27,949 bases of DNA, taken from the NCBI GenBank assembly GCA_043750125.1, contig JAYVCD010000004.1:1-27949 (forward strand), read 5' to 3'. The DNA comes from Archangiaceae bacterium (GTDB taxonomy: Bacteria; Myxococcota; Myxococcia; Myxococcales; Myxococcaceae). How positions within the stretch are numbered: the first letter of the stretch is position 1; each line of letters opens with the position of its first letter. Positions 16,418-23,889 of this stretch are shown here, piece by piece. Under the pieces are notes generated by a model that had not been told where the DNA came from, ran no database searches, and worked only from the letters and a program-made list of their open reading frames with translations. The translations under genes and the position numbers were made by a program.

Positions 16418-18618
16418 CGACTGGTCCTCAAAACGCGGTTCCGTTCGGGAAGTACCTGCTGCTCAAGCGGCTGGCCGTTGGCGGAATGGCGGAGCTTTAC
16501 CTGGCGAAGGATCCGGCCAACGACTCGCTGGTCGTGATCAAGCGAATCCTGCCGTACCTGGCGCAGGAGACCGAGTTCGTCCGGATGTTCCTCGACGAGG
16601 CGCGAATCGCCGCCCAGCTGCACCACCCGTACATCATCCGGATGCACGAGCTGGGTCACCTCGAGGGCTCGATCTTCATCGCGATGGAATTCGTCGAAGG
16701 CGTCGACCTGCGGAAGATCCTTCAGCAAGAACAGAAGCGGGGGTCGGTGGTTCCTCCGGACATCGCGGCCTGGCTGACCGCGCGATTGTGCGAAGGCCTT
16801 CACTACGCGCACAACAAGTTCGGCGCCGACGGCCGGCTGCTCGGAATCATCCACCGCGACGTGAGCCCGCAGAACCTGATGGTCGGCTACCAGGGCGAGG
16901 TCAAGCTGGTCGACTTCGGCATTGCGAAGGCCACCAGCTTCATGGAACGCAGCAAGCCTGGGGTGATCAAGGGCAAGTTCCTCTACCTTTCGCCCGAGCA
17001 GCTCTCGCAAGACCGCATCGATCACCGCGCAGACATTTTTGCGGTGGGGACGATGCTCTACGAGGTCACCACCGGAAAGAGCCCGTTCTACAAGCCGAGC
17101 ACCGAGGCGGTGATCTACGCGATTCGCGCCGAGGATCCTCCGCCGCCGCACCTGACCCAGAAGGGGTACCCCGCCGAGCTGTCGCGCATCATCATGCGGT
17201 GCCTGCTCAAAGATCGCAGCCGGCGGTACCAGCAGGCAGGCGAAGTCCACGCCGACCTCGAGGCGTGGATGCGAAAGGAATCGCCGACCTCGATGAAGAC
17301 GGTCGTCGACTACGTCGACAAGCTGTTCGGAGACGAGGAAGAGCGCACTTCGCTTTTCATTCCGCCCAACGCGCGGGGAAGCGAGCGGACCGCGACCGAC
17401 GGAATTCCGAAGCGTCGGCCCAGCCTCGAAGGCCCGCGAACCAATTCCCACCCGACGGTTCCCCTGGGCCCGTTCAAGAACATCAATGAAGAGACGACCA
17501 AGCCGATTGCGACTCAGCGAATCGAAGACTCCGTCAGCCCTTCGATCGGCAGGCGACCGACGCCTTCGTCCGGTTCGATGGCCGCGTCGGCTGAGGACAA
17601 TCGCACCGACCGGGTGAGGCCGCTGGACATCATCAAAGCGCTGGGAGGTCGCCCCAACCCTTCGGTCGTCACCCTGCCCAACGCGCCTTCGGCCGAGCGC
17701 AAAGCCCTGGGGATGTCTGTTCCGGGGCGAACGGAAATCACAGACAGCGCGGGCCCAGGTTCCCCGGTGGCCCGAAAGTCCGAGGTGAACGAGCGCCTCG
17801 AGCCGACCGCGGTCAGCGAGGCCGGCCAGCCGGTCGGTCGCGAAGCGGTGATCGAGTTCACGCCCAGCCCTCTGGTTCCTCTGCCTGCTTCGGTCGGCGC
17901 TGCGCTGCGCCGCAGCCGCGATTTCCCCCAGTACACCGCCCGGGTTCCACCCCCGGTGCCCTCGTTGAGTCCCGAGCCGCCGGTAGAGAAGCTGCGGCCG
18001 TCCAACCCCCGAGCGGGGCAGCTCGTCACCGGGCCCGCCGTCGATGGCGACACGCGCGCCGGCCCCAAGCCTTCCGACACTGACCCCGACGCCGACGCCG
18101 ACGAGCCGATTTCCTACGATGCGGGCGACCAGGTCTCGACGATCGACTTTCGTTCGGGGTCGACCCCCGAATTGAAGCCGGTGCGACGCCCGAAGGCGGG
18201 TGCTTCGATCGAAGGTTTGTTGGTGCGAAAGCCATGGCTGATCGCGGTCTTTGCCTTCCTGGCCGTGCTGGTTCTGGGGTTGCTGCTGATCTTGTGGGCC
18301 CGACCCGAGCGAGCGGGGCGGGGTGCCCCCCACGTCTCGGGCGACGCGTCCCCCGGCCCAGAAGCCCCCCAGGCAGGCGGGGACTTCAGCGGCTCGGGCA
18401 AGACCCTGGTGCGGTTTGCAGCGCCGGCGGGCACCGTCATCACCCACGACAACGCTTCGTTCGAGCCGAACAAGGCCTACCCGCTGTTCCCGGGAAGCTT
18501 CACCTTGATCTACCGCTGCCCGAAGAAGGGGAAGCGGGGCAGCGACGCGATCAATACCTCGGTCACCATCGAGCACAACCAGGCCGAGGGCCAGGTGATC
18601 CCGCTCAGCTGCCGCTGA
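16414..18618 (+). CDS. Membrane-anchored Hanks-type Ser/Thr protein kinase (myxobacterial Pkn type)
   Basis: GGMAELY, VIKRI, HRDVSPQN, DFG, GKFLYLSPE, DIFAVG; long Pro/Ser/Thr linker; TM segment WLIAVFAFLAVLVLGLLLILW; short C-terminal domain with 2 Cys. The TTG start overlaps the upstream TGA. Confidence 0.93.
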   Translation: MTTGPQNAVPFGKYLLLKRLAVGGMAELYLAKDPANDSLVVIKRILPYLAQETEFVRMFLDEARIAAQLHHPYIIRMHELGHLEGSIFIAMEFVEGVDLRKILQQEQKRGSVVPPDIAAWLTARLCEGLHYAHNKFGADGRLLGIIHRDVSPQNLMVGYQGEVKLVDFGIAKATSFMERSKPGVIKGKFLYLSPEQLSQDRIDHRADIFAVGTMLYEVTTGKSPFYKPSTEAVIYAIRAEDPPPPHLTQKGYPAELSRIIMRCLLKDRSRRYQQAGEVHADLEAWMRKESPTSMKTVVDYVDKLFGDEEERTSLFIPPNARGSERTATDGIPKRRPSLEGPRTNSHPTVPLGPFKNINEETTKPIATQRIEDSVSPSIGRRPTPSSGSMAASAEDNRTDRVRPLDIIKALGGRPNPSVVTLPNAPSAERKALGMSVPGRTEITDSAGPGSPVARKSEVNERLEPTAVSEAGQPVGREAVIEFTPSPLVPLPASVGAALRRSRDFPQYTARVPPPVPSLSPEPPVEKLRPSNPRAGQLVTGPAVDGDTRAGPKPSDTDPDADADEPISYDAGDQVSTIDFRSGSTPELKPVRRPKAGASIEGLLVRKPWLIAVFAFLAVLVLGLLLILWARPERAGRGAPHVSGDASPGPEAPQAGGDFSGSGKTLVRFAAPAGTVITHDNASFEPNKAYPLFPGSFTLIYRCPKKGKRGSDAINTSVTIEHNQAEGQVIPLSCR

Positions 18619-19597
18619 CCGGCGTTGCCTGCTCGGAGAGTGCGATCACTTTCTGGAACAGCCGCAGGCCGAAGGGCCCGGTGTCCTGCTGATGGAACAT
18701 GCGCCGGGCCTGGGCCCGCGCGATTCGGGCGGCCTCGGGGCGTTCGGTCTTCGCGAAGAATTCGCCTTGCCGCCAGAGCCGGCGCGCGTAGAGCTCGCGC
18801 ACCGCGGGGGTGAAGTACCCGTCGGTCAGCTCTTTGACTTTCAGATCGATCGCGGACTGTTCTGCCTTTTGGGCTCGCAGCAGATCGAGCTCCTGGCTGA
18901 GAAGGGCCAGCTGCGATTCGGCCGGAAGCCAGGTCTGGATTTCGGGCTGATCGTGAAGTCCTCCTGATTTCGCGGCCAGGTCTGCGTCGGCCGCCTCGGG
19001 TGAAGGGACCTCGAGCTGGGTTTCGTCAGGCGTCACGCGAAGCGCGCGAAGGTTCTGGTTGGCGTTTTCGGGAAGGCCATTCTTGGCGCGAAGGTTCTGG
19101 CCGTAGGCGCGGGCCAGCTCTTCGAGCACGCGTTGGAACGGCACTTCGATGACCTGGCGCCCCTGCACGATGGCGCGCTGCTGCCGGCGGTACCGCGAAC
19201 GGTTGGTCTCGGCGCGGTCGAGCTGCTGCACGCCGAACTCATCGTGAATCACGCACTGGAAGAACTCGACGCCTCCCGCCCGCATCGCGCGGCCGAAGAA
19301 CAGCATCTGCTCGCCTGTGCCCAACACCGGAGACAACAGGCCCATCAGCTCGCCGGAAGTGTCGACCGCTGCGGGCGCGGCCACGGGGTCGAGGACCGGA
19401 TCCTTGAGCACCACTCCACTCGAGCGCAATTGGTAGAGCGCCTTCTTCGCCGCCCGGGCCAGCGCTTTGTTCTTCGAGCCCGCGAGCGCTTCGGGAAGCT
19501 GCGTTTGCCGGGCCTTCACGTGGGCGGCAAGGACTTCGAGGGCCTGCGCTTCAGGAAGCTTCTCTACGTCGGCCACTGACTGGTTGAGGGGATCCAT
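18605..19597 (-). CDS. Hypothetical alpha-helical protein
   Basis: Start refined to ATG 19597, just downstream of the 19611 stop; protein-like composition (ARAAKKALYQLRSSG); no motif recognised. Confidence 0.75.
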   Translation of the reverse strand: MDPLNQSVADVEKLPEAQALEVLAAHVKARQTQLPEALAGSKNKALARAAKKALYQLRSSGVVLKDPVLDPVAAPAAVDTSGELMGLLSPVLGTGEQMLFFGRAMRAGGVEFFQCVIHDEFGVQQLDRAETNRSRYRRQQRAIVQGRQVIEVPFQRVLEELARAYGQNLRAKNGLPENANQNLRALRVTPDETQLEVPSPEAADADLAAKSGGLHDQPEIQTWLPAESQLALLSQELDLLRAQKAEQSAIDLKVKELTDGYFTPAVRELYARRLWRQGEFFAKTERPEAARIARAQARRMFHQQDTGPFGLRLFQKVIALSEQATPVSGS

Positions 19598-19610
19598 GAG
19601 CGCGTCTCTA

Positions 19611-21182
19611 TTACCTGGGGGTCCGCGTGACGAGCCAGAAGTCCTGGGCCTTCGCGGTGACCTGCAGCAGTCCGCTCGACAGCTGCGGGCCGAAGACCCG
19701 TTCGGGCGGAATTCCGCGAATGACAAAGTGATCGTAGGCGGCGCCCTGGGTCGCCCAGTCCATCGTGTCGGGGCGCCATTCCGAGGCGAACGAGGGAGGA
19801 GTTTTTCCCTCGCGGTACATCACTGGAGAGTGCGGCGTGAGGGCGAAGGTGAAGTTGGTGATTCCGCCGCGCTCGCGGGCGATCACCGTCGAGGCGTGCA
19901 GCCAGACCGGGTGGGTCATGGTTGCCGAGCCGGTGTTGAAAATCAGCCCCATCACCTTCGGGCGTTCCGAGGCGTGCTTCGAAAGCTCGGTCAGGGCAGC
20001 CGCTTCGGCATCGAATTGCCCAAACGCTTTCCACAGCGGCAGTGCAGTCGCGAGGGCCACCGCCCCGGCCAGCAGCAATCCCACCCGCGTGAATTTCGGT
20101 TTCAAGGCCGGCACGGCGCAGACCAACAGCGCCGCCGCCAGATGGGCGTAGCGGGTGTTGAGGTAATACATGTACCCCCGAATATCGAAGGGCAGCGTGA
20201 AGTAGAGGACCAGCGCCAGCCCGGCGAGGCCCACGATTCGCCAGCGCTCGAGGTGACCTTCCCGCGTGTCTCTTCCCGTCACGAGCGCGGCGACGATCGC
20301 GACCCCCGCGACGACGAATGCGGCGGTGACGGCGAAGGAATCGCTCTGGTCGCGCAGCATCCCGCTCAACACCGGGACGAAATCGGCTTTGTTCTGATCG
20401 AACGTTTTGTACGAGAGATTTTCCGCCGACAACATCGGGCCCCACGACTTCCACGGCTGCCCGGGGACGATCTCTTCCGGCTGGCCGAACCGCAGGCCGA
20501 CCCACGCGAAGAACAACGCGACTCCGGGAATGACGCTCAGCAACGCGGCCTGTCGCGCTTTGAGTCGCGCGACGAGACCTTCTGCGTCCGACGGTGCGCG
20601 GGTGGTGATCAGCAACAGGGGCAGCGCGAACGCCAGCCATCCAAAGACCTGAACGTGGAACAACAACACGCAGACCAGCGCGGCCGCCGCCCCCACCGCC
20701 CACGCCCGCCGCCGCGGGGGATCCTCGATCGCGCGGATGAAGAGCCCACAGGTGACGAAGGCCAGGGGCAGGGCCGAGCAGTAATTGACGAAGCCCCAGG
20801 CAAAGCTGTCGCCGTACGCAAAGGGCAAGGACAGCAACGAGGGCCACACCGGACGCTTGAGGCTTGCGAGCAGGAAGGCGAGGGACAGCGGCAGGCCTGC
20901 GACGTAGAGCGATAAGAAAATGCGGTTCGCCAGCTCGAGAGGGAACAGCCAGTTGAGGGCGCTGACCGAGTAGTAATACCCGAGGTACGGCGTCAGCTGG
21001 GGCCTTCGAGCGAAGTACTCGGGGTACAGGGTGGTGGCGTCGTCGATGCGGTGAAGCACCGAGATCAGATGCAGGTGCTGGGGCAGATCGACCAGCGGCA
21101 GCGCGTGCGCTGCCCATAGGGGAGCGACGCCAAAGCAGAGCGCCACCGCGTACACCAAACGCTCGAAATTCCGGCCTTCCAC
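19611..21182 (-). CDS. Polytopic membrane protein, GT-C-like (putative lipid-linked-sugar transferase)
   Basis: Many hydrophobic helices; DLPQH motif in the loop right after TM1; TPYLGYY, WGFVNY, NTRY; soluble C-terminal domain. The CDS is secure but the function is inferred. Confidence 0.7.
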   Translation of the reverse strand: MEGRNFERLVYAVALCFGVAPLWAAHALPLVDLPQHLHLISVLHRIDDATTLYPEYFARRPQLTPYLGYYYSVSALNWLFPLELANRIFLSLYVAGLPLSLAFLLASLKRPVWPSLLSLPFAYGDSFAWGFVNYCSALPLAFVTCGLFIRAIEDPPRRRAWAVGAAAALVCVLLFHVQVFGWLAFALPLLLITTRAPSDAEGLVARLKARQAALLSVIPGVALFFAWVGLRFGQPEEIVPGQPWKSWGPMLSAENLSYKTFDQNKADFVPVLSGMLRDQSDSFAVTAAFVVAGVAIVAALVTGRDTREGHLERWRIVGLAGLALVLYFTLPFDIRGYMYYLNTRYAHLAAALLVCAVPALKPKFTRVGLLLAGAVALATALPLWKAFGQFDAEAAALTELSKHASERPKVMGLIFNTGSATMTHPVWLHASTVIARERGGITNFTFALTPHSPVMYREGKTPPSFASEWRPDTMDWATQGAAYDHFVIRGIPPERVFGPQLSSGLLQVTAKAQDFWLVTRTPR

Positions 21183-21273
21183 TGAGTTGAGCGGACCTTA
21201 GGCGCGCCCACCGGTTTGGCAAACGCCCCCTTTTTGAAGTATGTCGCTCCCCGTTTTGGTCCCAAGGAGCTCT

Positions 21274-21558
21274 ATGCCTGTTTCTTCCATTCTCAAGGCG
21301 GTCGCCACTGGAGCCCTGTTGCTCTCGACCGGCGTCCTTGCCTCAGGCGCTCCGACTTCGGGGCTGTTCGATTCGCTGGGCCTCAACGCGACCTGCTCGT
21401 GTGGCAGCGCGGCCGACTGCACCTGCAAGAAGGGCTCGTGCAAGTGCCCGAAGTGCGGCCACAAGAACGCGACCCGAATGTTCGAATCGTTCAAGCCGCA
21501 GGACGCCAAGCTGCCCAACACCGCGCGCCTCGATGCGACGGGCGGCGTGTTCATCTAG
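21274..21558 (+). CDS. Small secreted Cys-cluster protein, metallothionein-like (94 aa)
   Basis: AAGGAG at 21264-21269 and ATG at 21274; signal-like N-terminus; CSCGSAADCTCKKGSCKCPKCGH; strongly GC3-biased codons. Confidence 0.8.
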   Translation: MPVSSILKAVATGALLLSTGVLASGAPTSGLFDSLGLNATCSCGSAADCTCKKGSCKCPKCGHKNATRMFESFKPQDAKLPNTARLDATGGVFI

Positions 21559-21567
21559 GTCCGTCGA

Positions 21568-21601
21568 AAGGTCGAGCGCTGCGTTACGACCGCTCGACCT
21601 T
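21568..21601. terminator. Perfect 11-bp hairpin at a convergent gene junction; possible bidirectional terminator or 3' stabiliser
   Basis: AAGGTCGAGCG (21568-21578) and CGCTCGACCTT (21591-21601) with a 12-nt loop; only a weak U tail. Confidence 0.5.
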
Positions 21602-22378
21602 GAACATCACCACCTGAGGCAGCTTGACCCGCTCGAAGTGAACGAGGCCCGCCGCTTCGGTCGCATCGCGCAGCAATCGTTCGCTGCGGGGGTGGACTCC
21701 GGCGGCCGAGTGAAACGGTCCCAGCAGCGGAGGCACCAGCAGGTGGCTGGCCACGTACCGCCCACCCGGCTTGAGCACCCGGGCGATCTCGGCCAGCAGG
21801 CTCTTCAGATCGCGAATGAAGTGCACCGAGCCTGCCTGCAACACCGCGGCGACCGACGCGCTTTGGAAGGGTAGGGAAGGAGCCTCGGCCCGCACGAAAT
21901 CGATCGCGACCGCCGCCTCTCGAGCCTGGGCGATGGCTTCTTCGATCATCGGCTTGCTCACGTCGACCCCGACCACCTGGGCTTCGAGATCGCGCACCAG
22001 CCTTCGGGCAAACAACCCGGTGCCGCAGCCCAGGTCCACCACCGCCCCCGAAGGCCGCGCGAGCAGCGATCGGTAGATCAGATATTCGCTGGCCCGGTCG
22101 AACTGCCCGCGGGTGAGGAACATCTCGAGCGCCGGTCGCACGTAGCGCTCATAGTTTCGGGCCACCCAGGGCGTCTCGAGTGCGCTTTGCAGCCCCTGCG
22201 GTCGATCGCGATCGCCGACGAAGTCGAGCATTCCTTCGCCGACTGGAAACCGCGCACCGCAGGCCACGCAGCGCACGGGCCCGAAGATCAGCCGCGGCTC
22301 AGCGACGGGATCTTCCGGTACCAGCCCGCCGTTCTTGCACCGCGGGCAGCGAAGAATGTCCAGCGTGGCTCGACGCAT
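21584..22378 (-). CDS. Class I SAM-dependent methyltransferase with N-terminal Trm112-like Zn finger
   Basis: LDILRCPRC...CVAC...FPVGEGMLDF; VVDLGCGTG; GVDVS; LPF; EIARVLKPGG. Confidence 0.9.
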   Translation of the reverse strand: MRRATLDILRCPRCKNGGLVPEDPVAEPRLIFGPVRCVACGARFPVGEGMLDFVGDRDRPQGLQSALETPWVARNYERYVRPALEMFLTRGQFDRASEYLIYRSLLARPSGAVVDLGCGTGLFARRLVRDLEAQVVGVDVSKPMIEEAIAQAREAAVAIDFVRAEAPSLPFQSASVAAVLQAGSVHFIRDLKSLLAEIARVLKPGGRYVASHLLVPPLLGPFHSAAGVHPRSERLLRDATEAAGLVHFERVKLPQVVMFKVERS

Positions 22379-22387
22379 TGGCTCGAG

Positions 22388-22897
22388 CTACTGCTGCGCG
22401 ACCAACACCGGCCAGCCCCGCGCCATCGCTTCGCGGAAGAAGTCCGACAGGCCTTTGCGGGTCGAGTTGACTCGCCCCTGAAAAGGCTCGACCAGCTGGT
22501 CGTCTCCCAGGCTTGCCCCCAGCTCGAGGTCCAGGGTGCGTCCGCACCGCTCGCACTTGATCGACACCGGCCGCAGCAGCGCGACCGGCACGGCGTAGCG
22601 GGTGCCGCACTCGCACCGCCACACCTTCGCCCGCTCACCTGCGTCCTGCCGGGCGAGCATCACCAGTTGATCGGCCAGGCGCAGCAGCGCGGGAAGGTCA
22701 TTGGGAGGCTGGGCGAAGATGGGAGGGCCCCTGGGGGCCTCGAGCACCTTCTTCGCCTTGTCCAGCGGCCGTTCGCCCCGGTATTCCGAACGCAAGAAGG
22801 CTTCGGTCACCAGCTCGGTTTCGATGTTCTGGGGCTCGAGTGTCTCGGCGCTCGGCTTTCCCAGTTCCCAGGCGGGCGCGGCGAAAAAGCGAATCAT
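22388..22897 (-). CDS. Hypothetical Zn-ribbon protein (169 aa)
   Basis: True start is ATG 22897, overlapping the nadA stop (TGATG); MIRFFAAP...WRCECG...IKCERCG...AMARGWPVLV. Confidence 0.8.
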   Translation of the reverse strand: MIRFFAAPAWELGKPSAETLEPQNIETELVTEAFLRSEYRGERPLDKAKKVLEAPRGPPIFAQPPNDLPALLRLADQLVMLARQDAGERAKVWRCECGTRYAVPVALLRPVSIKCERCGRTLDLELGASLGDDQLVEPFQGRVNSTRKGLSDFFREAMARGWPVLVAQQ

Positions 22898-23814
22898 CAG
22901 CTCCACTCCAGCATGCGCTTGAGCGGGTTGAGCGAGGCCTGGCACAGCAGGGGATTCATCTCGAGGCGGGGAGTCTTGTTTTTCATACACAGGTACAACT
23001 TTTCCATGGTGTTGAGTCTCATGTACGGGCACTCGTTGCACGCACAGCCGTTGTCCGGGGGAGCCGGAATGAAAGTCTTCTGCGGCGAGCGCTGCTGCAT
23101 CTGGTGAAGGATTCCCGACTCGGTCACGACGATGAACTTCAGCTTCGGACTCGTGCCGGTGCGGTCGAGCAGTTGCTTGGTGCTCCCGATGAAGTCCGCG
23201 TGGCGCAGCACCGCTTCTTCGCATTCCGGATGAGCGACGACTTCGGCGTCGGGGTGCTCGACCTTCAGTTGGACCAGCTTCTTCTCGCTGAAGATCTCGT
23301 GAACGATGCAGCTGCCCGGCCAGAGAATCATCTCTCGACCGGTCTGCTTGGCGACGTAGCGGCCCAGGTGTTGGTCGGGCGCGAAGATGATCTCGCGGTC
23401 TTTGGGAATGCGGTTGACGATCTTCACCGCGTTGCTGCTGGTGCAGATCACGTCGCTCATCGCCTTCACCGCTGCCGACGAGTTGACGTAGGTGACGACG
23501 AAGGCGCCGGGGTGCCTGGCCTTGAACGCCGCAAACTTGTCCGGCGGGCAGCGGTCCGACAGCGAGCAACCCGCGTTGAGGTCGGGCAACAGCACCAGCT
23601 TGTCGGGGTTCAAGATCTTCGCGGTCTCGGCCATGAAGTGGACGCCGCAAAAGACGATCACGTCGGCGGTCGTCTTTTCCGCCATCTGGGCCAGCGCGAG
23701 GCTGTCGCCCACGAAGTCGGCCGAGTCCTGAATCTCACTCTCCTGGTAGTAGTGGGCCAGAATCACCGCGTTCATTTCCTTCTTGAGCCGCGCAATCTCC
23801 TGCTCGAAGTCCAT
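22897..23814 (-). CDS. nadA: Quinolinate synthase A
   Basis: From ATG 23814: [62 protein letters not shown]; three Fe-S Cys present. Confidence 0.97.
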   Translation of the reverse strand: MDFEQEIARLKKEMNAVILAHYYQESEIQDSADFVGDSLALAQMAEKTTADVIVFCGVHFMAETAKILNPDKLVLLPDLNAGCSLSDRCPPDKFAAFKARHPGAFVVTYVNSSAAVKAMSDVICTSSNAVKIVNRIPKDREIIFAPDQHLGRYVAKQTGREMILWPGSCIVHEIFSEKKLVQLKVEHPDAEVVAHPECEEAVLRHADFIGSTKQLLDRTGTSPKLKFIVVTESGILHQMQQRSPQKTFIPAPPDNGCACNECPYMRLNTMEKLYLCMKNKTPRLEMNPLLCQASLNPLKRMLEWS

Positions 23815-23889
23815 GCGGCTGCTCTTAACGTGATTGCCGGGTTTCGGCATACACTCCGCGCCGGCCGACTGCTTCGTAGGAGTCCCACC

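Noticed and set aside
22840..23889. N-terminal 350 aa of the 1192-aa track ORF
   Set aside because: It is the antisense of nadA. The real gene starts at GTG 23890 with an RBS and lipoprotein signal.
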